This document shows, piece by piece, positions 56,401 through 64,000 of a DNA stretch of 64,000 bases. The position numbers and the translations under genes were made by a program. The DNA comes from Antedon mediterranea (Eukaryota; Animalia; Echinodermata), in the NCBI RefSeq assembly GCF_964355755.1, contig NC_092673.1, positions 26,967,648 through 27,031,647 on the forward strand. The letters run 5' to 3'. Numbering within the stretch: the first letter of the stretch is position 1; each line of letters opens with the position of its first letter. Under the pieces are notes generated by a model, which saw only the letters and a list, made by a program, of their open reading frames with translations, was not told the origin of the DNA and searched no databases.

Positions 56401-59400
56401 ATTATAATGTTTTTAATTTGTTGGGATGCACCTCCGACTATTCAGAAAATGGACAACAAAACAGTAGTCAAATCGTACCACATTTATAAATTTCACGAGT
56501 CCCGACTTCAGTCGCCGAATGTATTGTATTAGCTTCGGTTTCTTTGAAGGAAACCGATTGGTTATTCAATAATACTTATTAGAAAATGCTTTTACCATAA
56601 TAGGTAATGTTGGGCGGTTCTTAAATATTCATGAGAGCTTAAAATAAAACAGCACTTATTTGCTAGGCGACGAAAAATCGTGGTTTCAGTTTTCAACGAT
56701 AGGTGGCGCTTCAAAATCGTCAATGCGGAAGTAAGTCGATTTTACACGATTTAACGGTCAAAACGCGAAGTGGCTTTCCCACTGGCATGGGTTCGAGACT
56801 TATCTGTGCTATATTGCTTGTATCCTTTGGCCAGTAATACTTTACTCTCATTGCATCGTCCTTCAGATGGAATGTAAAGCAGTTGATCTGAAAATGGACC
56901 CTCTCAAAGAACAATCTTGCACAGCACAAACTGCCATGCATGCAATCCACCACAGAATATATGTAACTCTCCTCTCCCTCTTTTTGGTGTAGCTAATTAT
57001 ACATATACAGTTCAATACTTTTCACAGATCAGTGCTCACACCACTTACCGATTTCATCTATAAATACGACTATGCTTTTGTAACCCTTCAAATAAAAGAC
57101 CTCTACAAATGTATCCCCTTAGGCTCTACTTGGCCCTGACACAAAACACAATATAAGTAAAGTGCTTAATTATAATATTTTAAGAAACCAGTTTTAAATG
57201 AGCATCTAATGGTCACTTGTCTGAAACGTTTGTGAGAGTTAAAAACATTGTTTGATCATTTACGGTAACTAAATAAATCAACAAATATTTATTTCTTCCA
57301 GATACCTTGGACGTAAGATATTAAACCACCGGCTTGAATCATGGGTCAGTGGATCGGACATGCTGCTATGGCCTAGCTATTCATATTGGACGTTAGGATA
57401 TATTATTAACCAATCAGGTGCCAGGAAACTTGTGGAGCAGAATCCTTTAGGTAAAATGGTCCCTGTTGATGAATACTTACCCATTATGTTTGACCAACAT
57501 CCGGAGTAAGTAATTAATTAATTTTAATTTTGTTTAATTTTAAGTTTTCTGATAATATTTAAAGTTAAGGTCTCTGATACGGATTTTTTATTATTATTAA
57601 AAAATTGAAAATAGAGGTTGGCACATCATTAATTTTACTTGATGTAATAGGGTACCTTAAGGGACCATGTCAAATTATTCTAATGCAGTTACTGCAGTAA
57701 TTATTTTGTTTTCTCTTTAACCTGTTTATGCAATTATTTAGCAAGCTTTTTTTTAGGTAATCATACAACACACTGTTTTATTGCAGAGACTGTCTCATAA
57801 ACTCACATTGAAATTAAATAAATTATACATTGCTGCAGTAAAAAAATGTAACTACTGCAGCAGTAGGGTCTTTCACACATGTACCGGAACGGCGCATCCA
57901 ACGTCAATGTTTCGTTTTCATGATGCTCCACGCGACTATGCACCAATCTATATTTGCCCGCGTCGGACCGGAACCCAGCCGGAACAAGTTTGAAAGACCC
58001 TCTATAATCTAATCATTCAACTATCATTTTTCATTGTCCTAATCATCATCATTTAATAGTTGTAATCATTTGTATTCTTCATTCATCATTCATATTTATT
58101 ATATTTTTTAATATTTTTATATTTTTTTTTACTTCACACACAGGGGCGGATCCAAGACACACCCCCCCCCCCCCTAAAATGTGCAAATTGTAATGCAAAA
58201 GATAGGAGATCAAATGAAGCTCAGCCCATCATTTCACCATTTTTAGGCCTTGCCCAAAATCCTGGATCCGCCACTGACGCATTTCAAGCATTCCTTAGTG
58301 CATGTAGTTTGTACTTTGCATATCTTGAATGTTGTTTTTTCACACTTTAACTTCAGCCATAATGTTTCATTCATTTCATTGACTCTTACGTATGCAAACC
58401 GCATGTGTACAATAAAGCTTGGGTCCCACTTGCGTTGCTCCTACAGTGGGAACCAAGCTTAAGATCAAGAAACGTATGTTTTACATGCATAAATCAGTTT
58501 CTGACGAAATAACAAATATATTTAACTTTACATAATGTTAGTTATGATGAAATCAAATAGATTATGAAAAGTGGAGTGTATTTTAGATCAATGGTATTAA
58601 CATTGATGGGTTAGATAACTTTTAATTTGTCGCTTTTTTTATAGGTTAATTCATATCGTACACATTTTATATACGTTTTTTACAGAGACTTATGGAAAGA
58701 ACAATTTACTAATCGTAATCTTATAGCATACTCCGTCTCGCCTCTCATAATGTTTCCCACTCATTATGTCGGTGATAAAAATTACTTAAGCGACACGGAG
58801 GCCTCAAATATCTGGGATCACGTTTGCAACGAGGACGATAAAACACGCTGTCTAGCCAAGAAAGATCGACAAAACATTAGCAACCATGAATTGAGGCAAA
58901 GTGCTAATTTGAATTTACCCAGTGGACACTCCGAGTTATGACACACTTGGTGAGAAAAACCGATCATGTTATATGACAGTTCCATCTCATCTTAGCCTAG
59001 AAAATGCATCCACACAACCATATAGTAGTAGAGTTCTGAAGACCCTATATCTATCCAGTTTCTATTGAAACAAATGGAATATCTTTAACCATCATCCTTG
59101 ATTTCGATCCAAGTCGGCCCTAAACCGTCTCGGCCAAAGTCAAGTTTGCCCCAAGTCAAGTCGGCCCCAAGTCAACTCGGCCTCAAGTCAACTCGGCCTC
59201 AAGTCAACTCGGCCTCACGTCAACTCGGCCTCGGTCAACTCGGCCCCGTTAAAGTATGGAACGCAAAAAGTGCAAATGAAGGGGATTGATAAAATAATAT
59301 TTCTTCACAATTTTTTAACTATAAATAATTCTGACTTTTAATGAATATTAATATTTAGACAATAATATATTTAGGGAAAAAAAATAGGAATGATTTCACC

Positions 59401-61587
59401 AACTTTCCTTTATTTACGTTTAATAAAATTTCAAATTGCCTTCCTGCGCCTTTGGCAGCTTTTTCGATATCTACAACTGCTACGTGTTTTCACTGACCGG
59501 GGGATTCCCCTTTTTTAAAAACGCAAATCATGGACAAAAACGATATGTACGATCATTTTTTCTATGGCTAAATGGTGGAACGTAGGCCTCCGTCTTCGAT
59601 TTACTAAAATGCGGTACCTGCACGTGACGGTTTAGGGCCGACTTGACCTGCACCCGTTTAGAATATCACTCTCTATAAAATAAAAAAAAATAAAAAACAG
59701 ACTTTGAACCATTTAAACAGAAATAACTTTTTAATGAAATCTCAAAATCATAAATTGTTTATATAATGGGATTATTATCATTATTTTATTTATTTTAAAA
59801 TTTGCATACATGTGAATGATTGCATATTGAGTGCATGCTTCTGTTTGTACTACTCTGTGTAGTTTATGCTTCCAATTATCACCTGTAATCTTATAATTAA
59901 CTTTGAACTTTGACTTTTATGTAAATTTAGGTTGTAGTTCAGACCAGTCAAAGGTCAACAAGTCAAAGTTATATTAGATTATGGGCGATTTTTGTGAATT
60001 ACTGTACAATACATTGTTTGCATTAACAAAACATTGCATGATTTATAATAAGTTACTTCATTCATTTTTAATAATGCATGTCATTATTAAATTATCATTC
60101 TTTGCTGGTTTATTGAATCATTTACAAATTTTTACTGAACGTTCAAAGGGCTTATTAAACCGCATGCTTGCGCGCAGTAACACAATTTTGAAAATTGTTC
60201 ATGTTTGCGGGTCCAACATCTTTGTGGAGAAGATAAAGACAGTTTAGTTGAATAATAAAATATTGCATTAATATTACATGACAATGGTGATGTATGCTAT
60301 TATCATCTACAATTGATGAGATACTGTAGTCCTTTGAGAAACCCCTATAAGGGGACACTTTCTTATGAAACAAATAAGGGACAATACATATGTTTCATTG
60401 CCAACGCTATAAAGAATACTTTTTGGTCCTAAAGATGTCCTATTAATAGTATTCCTCATCTTGTGTTTGCCAACTTTACTTTGATGAAATAATTTTTTTT
60501 GTCATTTAATAATAATATACAGTATTACCATATAATTATATTATATCCTAAAATATGTTTTGTTTTGCCATATAATATAATATAGTACAGTATTAACATA
60601 TAATAATATTTGATATATTTTAAGTATTGTTTTTATTTATACTGTACACTGATCCTGATCTCTAACTTGTGTATATGTACCTTACTATTAGTTTTTTAAA
60701 CAAATTTCCAATCCTAAACTTATTTTCCTTCTTACTAATTCAAAACTTGTGTGTCTGTCTGTTTGTCTGTCTGTGTGTCTGTATGTGTGTCTGTCTGTAT
60801 CTCTGTCTCTGTATGTGTGTCTATCTGAATTTCTGTGTGTCTGTCTGTGTATATGTTGGTCTGTCTATCTGTCTGTATTTCTGTCTGTCTGTCTGTCTGT
60901 CTGTCTGTGTGTCTACCTTACTTTTAAAGAAACTCTTTCAGCTTCTTCCTTTTATCTTCTGCTTCACCTATCAGTCTGTCCTCAACTTGTGTATGTCTGG
61001 CTATTAACTATCTTGCTTTTAAATGAATTATCATAGCTTTTTCCATTTTTCCTCTGTCATAAGATAATGTCAACAAATACATATTGCATAAAAATAGATT
61101 TTTTAAATTTTAATTACATTTATAACAATATTAATGAGTGCAATTAATATAGATACAGTAATAGTAATGTATTAGTGATTTTAATAGTATTTTTGCATAA
61201 AAATTATGAAAATAATATTTATTATAGTATTAGTAGCATTATGATGATAAAACTATACTACTACAAATAAATTAACAATTCTGTTTTTACAATGTTTTTG
61301 TAATAACCAATTTAATGAAGTTGTTCCTTTTAATTTGCAGAGAAAGTTGGAAAGAGCACTTTTCACCTCGTGACCTCATAACCTACTCCGTCCAGCCACT
61401 ACTAGTGTACCCAACTCACTACTACGGGGAACCTAACTATTTCAGCGACACGGAGGCGTCAAAGTTATGGGAGAGCGTCTGCGAAAATCACGATTCACTT
61501 GAATGCCTTGAATTGAAGAATAAACAAATGGGTGAGAAAAGTTTGGAGAAAGAAGGAACGGATCAACATATACATCCCGAGTTATGA
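29206..61587 (+). CDS. COLGALT1: procollagen galactosyltransferase (COLGALT/GLT25D; GT25 family), 10 coding exons, two alternative last exons; ~598 aa (exon 10a) or ~595 aa (exon 10b)
   Basis: join(29206-29411,36835-37063,41206-41340,52004-52205,52439-52558,53295-53478,53850-53982,54391-54518,57302-57505, then 58686-58941 or 61341-61587). All junctions GT-AG and in phase. Signal peptide and family motifs [69 protein letters not shown], C-terminal xxEL. Likely co-orthologous to vertebrate COLGALT1/2/CERCAM. Confidence 0.93.
32539..33362. mobile_element. PIF/Harbinger-like non-autonomous element in COLGALT intron 1
   Basis: TIRs ggccctgtttctgctgc / gcagcagaaacaggccc flanked by ATT on both sides; many subterminal ataccgtat/atacggtat motifs. 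Confidence 0.7.
34422..34645. repeat. degenerate ~60-bp tandem repeat (~4 copies)
   Basis: gtcaacttttatgttgtc...agaagttataaactt recurs. Confidence 0.7.
36222..36811. repeat. MITE whose 3' half is amplified into five ~101-bp tandem units
   Basis: acgccacta(g) recurs at 36391, 36492, 36593, 36694 and 36794; a single-copy relative in inverted orientation lies at ~45973-46133. Confidence 0.85.
36835..37063 (+). CDS. COLGALT1: COLGALT exon 2
   Basis: ttag|G ATA AGA AGT GAT CAC (WIRSDHNED...LRQAALEEARRQWAQYMF); donor TTT|gtaagt. Confidence 0.93.
37219..37285 (+). mobile_element. 3' tail of an L2-type LINE or related SINE
   Basis: tgtaaagcgcattg...aatgcgctctat stem-loop followed by (att)n, resembling L2-clade 3' ends. 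Confidence 0.4.
39955..40595. mobile_element. ~640-bp Kolobok-like MITE, family D copy 1 (intron 2)
   Basis: TTAA-actccccttccctac ... gtagggaaggggtct-TTAA; near-identical reverse-complement copy at 43327-43958. Confidence 0.85.
40724..40825. mobile_element. Tc1/mariner(pogo)-like mini-MITE
   Basis: TA-CAGTAGAAC ... GTTCTACTG-TA with internal ggggacacc/ggtgtcccc; related fragments at ~41530-41660, ~49770-49845, ~60330-60450 and ~61765-61875. Confidence 0.65.
41206..41340 (+). CDS. COLGALT1: COLGALT exon 3 (DxD motif; absent from the ORF track)
   Basis: ttcag|AIDADNFLENKETLKILVSAKKPMIAPMLESTTMYSNFWAGTTEH|gtaagt; 135 nt, phase 0-0. Confidence 0.93.
43047..44344. mobile_element. element with ~110-bp inverted termini hosting the family D MITE
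   Basis: ggtggctgatttccaccaaagaaaaaa...cacacgtacatgcgcatgcgta...aacaaacc (~43057-43160) is inverted at ~44201-44333. Confidence 0.7.
43327..43958. mobile_element. ~630-bp Kolobok-like MITE, family D copy 2 (intron 3, inverted relative to copy 1)
   Basis: TTAA-agaccccttccctgc ... gtagggaagggggct-TTAA; colinear reverse complement of 39955-40595. Confidence 0.85.
44621..44640 (-). promoter_or_regulatory. CTCF-like binding motif
   Basis: Reverse complement TTGGCCACTAGAGGGCAGTA closely matches the bilaterian CTCF core consensus; occupancy unknown. Confidence 0.5.
46231..46945. repeat. ~30-bp minisatellite, ~23 copies
   Basis: Unit ~aacacactcagttcttccaaaactcttttt; source of the repetitive spurious ORFs in the track. 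Confidence 0.93.
47240..47771. mobile_element. PIF/Harbinger-like MITE
   Basis: TIRs GGGCGGATTGCTATAA ... TTATAGCAATCCGCCC with CAG duplicated on both sides (CWG-type TSD). Confidence 0.8.
48853..49207. mobile_element. Kolobok-like MITE, family A copy 3
   Basis: gatgtatt(t)tgtcccccc ... cagggggacaatatatctttaa with the same interior as 603-933. Confidence 0.7.
51088..51550. repeat. dispersed repeat shared with ~10421-10725
   Basis: atctccctatgtaattttataatactattccc...tttaatttgatctttattaatttgcagtataatt and aacccggaaattactttgacc occur at both loci in the same orientation. Confidence 0.7.
51730..51997. repeat. 18-bp minisatellite, ~15 copies, abutting the exon 4 acceptor
   Basis: Unit at(g/t/a)gcaatcctatttctg; last unit runs into ctattcttttcag. 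Confidence 0.93.
52004..52205 (+). CDS. COLGALT1: COLGALT exon 4
   Basis: cag|GYYRRTPEY...VPMIHSTYMIDL...DDMLIFAYSARKA; donor A|gtgagt. Confidence 0.93.
52439..52558 (+). CDS. COLGALT1: COLGALT exon 5
   Basis: ttttacag|(K)IPMYIMNAAFFGSLSTP...QRIEVM; donor G|gttagt; phase 1-1. Confidence 0.88.
52586..53098. mobile_element. MITE with ~50-bp TIRs occupying most of COLGALT intron 5
   Basis: tagggaggtttcgcaaccttacgaatacgataacgaaaacggatacgtca ... tgacgtatctgttttcgttatcgtatttgtaagattgcgaaacctctcta. Confidence 0.8.
53295..53478 (+). CDS. COLGALT1: COLGALT exon 6 (start of second GT domain)
   Basis: ttag|(V)ENEPMP...DKIYMINLKRRPKRRQRM...AVDG(K); donor AA|gtaagt. Confidence 0.93.
53850..53982 (+). 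CDS. COLGALT1: COLGALT exon 7 (absent from the ORF track)
   Basis: tag|[44 protein letters not shown]|gtaagt. Confidence 0.94.
54391..54518 (+). CDS. COLGALT1: COLGALT exon 8 (EDD motif; absent from the ORF track)
   Basis: cag|MIEKGYETVIVLEDDVRFEAFF...AWEL(I); donor AT|gtaagt. Confidence 0.93.
54602..56789. mobile_element. old degenerate TIR element filling most of intron 8
   Basis: catgcagtgggacagcca...aaatcgtgtcaaatttcgact is imperfectly inverted at ~56735-56789; internal direct repeat ttgggatgcasctccgactattca at ~54991 and ~56421. Confidence 0.45.
57302..57505 (+). CDS. COLGALT1: COLGALT exon 9 (absent from the ORF track)
   Basis: ccag|YLGRKILN...[44 protein letters not shown](E); donor GA|gtaagt. 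Confidence 0.94.
58141..58276. mobile_element. short hAT-like MITE
   Basis: caggggcggatcca ... tggatccgccactg termini; similar mini element at ~62335-62481; no clear TSD. Confidence 0.55.
58686..58941 (+). CDS. COLGALT1: COLGALT alternative last exon 10a (ends HSEL)
   Basis: ttttttacag|A GAC TTA TGG...: DLWKEQFTNRNLIAYSVSPLIMFPTHYVGDKNYLSDTEASNIW...GHSEL*; in phase with exon 9. Confidence 0.88.
59105..59656. mobile_element. non-autonomous DNA transposon with 18-bp subterminal repeats
   Basis: Left end carries ~8 caagtcaactcggccy units (59110-59247); right end gggccgacttga is the reverse complement of the left-end caagtcggccc. Confidence 0.6.
60749..60915. repeat. (TCTG)n/(TG)n compound microsatellite
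   Basis: Directly visible. Confidence 0.9.
61341..61587 (+). CDS. COLGALT1: COLGALT alternative last exon 10b (ends HPEL)
   Basis: tttgcag|A GAA AGT TGG...: ESWKEHFSPRDLITYSVQPLLVYPTHYYGEPNYFSDTEASKLW...HIHPEL*; in phase with exon 9. Confidence 0.88.
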
Positions 61588-62710
61588 CGTCGTTGACATT
61601 ATCAATGTAGACTTGTTAATGACTTTAAAATTCCTCCAAGCTAGGAAGCATCGGCGCGTAATTTTAGTAGGTTCGTAACAAATTTCAAATTGATCTATTA
61701 TATTAGACTGAAGCATTTTAGGAAAATAGTTACAAAAAGTATGTCTTGTTAATAGAACTCATTTGTAGCGCCTCTTTCAAAGGACAAATGAGGGTCAATG
61801 TATGATCAAACCTCTATTTAGGGGACACCCCTATTATTGGTACACCCTGTTTTGTCCCTTTTATAGGGGTTCTACTTTCTAGTCATGTTAGCGTTTCTAG
61901 GTATCCTATTCGATTTATCCATACTGACTGTGTTATTATTGGTGCTATAATGTTCTGTATTGTCAACAATATAAATATTTATTATATTATATATTTTTGT
62001 AATCCTTGCCATAATTGTATCTTTTTTACTACTGTACTTTTTATAACATCTCAGAATGTGTACATGATTATTCTGCCAGTGAAAATCAGTTTTTAATTCT
62101 TTGTTATTTTTGCTTCAATTCATGATTCAATTTTATATTCTTCTACAGTGGGCGTTTTGATTTTTGCCCGTAATATGACACGCTATGTGTGCCAAAATGT
62201 TTGTTTTTTTAGGGATATTAATCTGCCATCTAGGACCATAGAAATATTATACTTCACTATATAATATCTATTCTAGAACTTCAAACCAATAAATGGGTAC
62301 TGGAAAAGACAAGAATAAAACAGCAGTTTAATTCGAGGGCGGATCTAGCCGGTAGCGCTAAGACGCACTTCCCCCTTTTGACAGCTAAAATCAACTATGT
62401 TTTGATATATGTTTTAGACGGACACCTAACTATTAATGTTAAGAATGAATTAATCATGTAGCGCTCCTAGATTCGCCCCTGTGCGTTACTAACGTTCAGC
62501 CTAAAAAAGGAACCACTGGTGTAAATGGGTAGGCCTACTAGAAGGCCTCTTAAGATAATAAAATTCCTATTTGTTATGTTATTGTAGTGAATGATGTTTT
62601 CATTTATTGATTTTTTATGTTTTTAATAGTGAAACAAACTAAATAAATGATGTTAAAAAATTTAATAAAATTTGAATCGTATTTTTTCATTGTACAATAT
62701 CAACATAACA

Positions 62711-63216
62711 TTAAAGATGTATGAAACACACAAAATGAAGGTCAAAATATTCTAAATTTAAGTTATTCACTTAAGTCGAAAATTCGTGCCAAAAACAATT
62801 TCAGAATTAACAGGTAAATTAGTTTGATTACATTTCGTCTGGAAAATCGTCACGAGCGAAAGTAAACAAAGATTTCAAATCACGAGTATGCAGTATGCAT
62901 GATGCTAATTAGGATTGTTTACAACTCATCACGGTTGAGAAGGTGTTTTTCACACAGATTGCGAGGAAGTTTTATGATTATGCATACAGAGTAGCATTGC
63001 ATTATGAGATATGTTTTGATCGAAAACTTTGACTGGAAGTCAAAGTAATTTTTTGAACTAAAAAACGTCTGTATTTCAGTTAAATAATTTTTTTTTTCGA
63101 CCAATTTTTTTTTTTAAGTTAATAACTATTCTGATACTTCAAAATAACCCACTTTTTTTCGAAATCTTCTAATTTAAATTTTTTGGGAATTTGACAAAGG
63201 GACAATACATCTTTAA
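62711..63216. mobile_element. Kolobok-like MITE related to family A
   Basis: ttaaagatgtat ... gggacaatacatctttaa termini. Confidence 0.6.
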
Positions 63217-63785
63217 TATAATATCGCCCTCAACCAGTACAGTAATTATTATATCAAGCAATAATATATGCGTGTAAACATTCTCGATGTGAATTGAGTC
63301 ATATCAATATCATATGTATCTCCGTGTTCTTAAATATTAGGGACCACGTCAAATCTATTCTACTGCAGTTAATGCAGTAACTTGAGTTTGTTTAATGCCC
63401 TTGTGGATTGCCTCATAACCTCATCTACGTTGATACAAACTTATCATATGCCTACATTATTGCAGTAAACGTGGACTATTGTTGGCATGATTCCTTAATT
63501 CTTTATATATTAGATCTAAATCATTAATATGAATTCATGCCATGTAAAAATATTGTTGTTTATTATTATTATCCCTCATTAATGAGTGTCCTCCGTTTCC
63601 GTGTTGTTACCAAGGAAACTCAAACTATACAATGTCTGTTGCCACAGTCTGGGTAATAGGCAATGAATGTGAAGCCTAAATTCGATCAATATCAAATTTA
63701 TTACAAATATGGATTTTTCTACCGCACTTGAAAGATAGACGGTAAATGTGTATGACAAAGAATTTAAACATGTGGTACTGTATAC

Positions 63786-63839
63786 ACATTGTCATCAAGT
63801 AGCCCAGTTTACAAAAACTGGGCTACTTGATGACAATGT
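63786..63839. repeat. perfect 25-bp inverted repeat with 4-nt loop
   Basis: acattgtcatcaagtagcccagttt-acaa-aaactgggctacttgatgacaatgt. Confidence 0.9.
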
Positions 63840-64000
63840 ACCACTATACCTTCAATATTTTATTTATTTGTTTAATCTGGTGGCCATGACTGTAAGTTTT
63901 GCTCCAATCTTATTTTGGCCTCCTTCTGCACACTTTTATTTTACTAGTGTAATTTGTGTAAATGTTGTGTGTGTGCGCAGAGAAACAATAAAAACAAACA

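Noticed and set aside
56098-56532. 144-aa ORF as a transposase remnant
   Set aside because: TTG start, no DDE or DNA-binding motifs recognisable.
60669-61036. Cys/Val/Leu-rich ORFs
   Set aside because: Translations of the (TCTG)/(TG) microsatellite.
61341-61587. Exon 10b as part of a second COLGALT paralogue or a pseudo-exon
   Set aside because: No duplicates of exons 1-9 lie between 10a and 10b, and its frame, acceptor and xxEL end are intact, so an alternative last exon is the simpler reading.

Overview
AT-rich, intron-rich eukaryotic (metazoan, probably invertebrate; species cannot be determined from this window) genomic DNA, not prokaryotic. Two protein-coding genes sit head-to-head around ~28.7-29.2 kb. 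On the + strand is a complete 10-exon procollagen galactosyltransferase gene (COLGALT/GLT25D family, 29206-61587). All its GT-AG junctions can be read in phase, and its last coding exon exists as two diverged, intact tandem copies (58686-58941 ending HSEL; 61341-61587 ending HPEL). On the - strand is a gene whose coding sequence lies almost entirely in one large exon (24722-26732). It encodes a degenerate NB-ARC/STAND-like P-loop NTPase followed by seven 24-25-aa Asn/His-rich tandem repeats. The rest of the window is introns and intergenic DNA with many non-autonomous DNA transposons (Kolobok-, hAT-, Harbinger- and Tc1/mariner-like MITEs, some nested), LINE remnants and minisatellites. Most short ORFs in the track are spurious. 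Coordinates were read by eye; repeat boundaries are approximate and family assignments rest on TIR/TSD signatures only.
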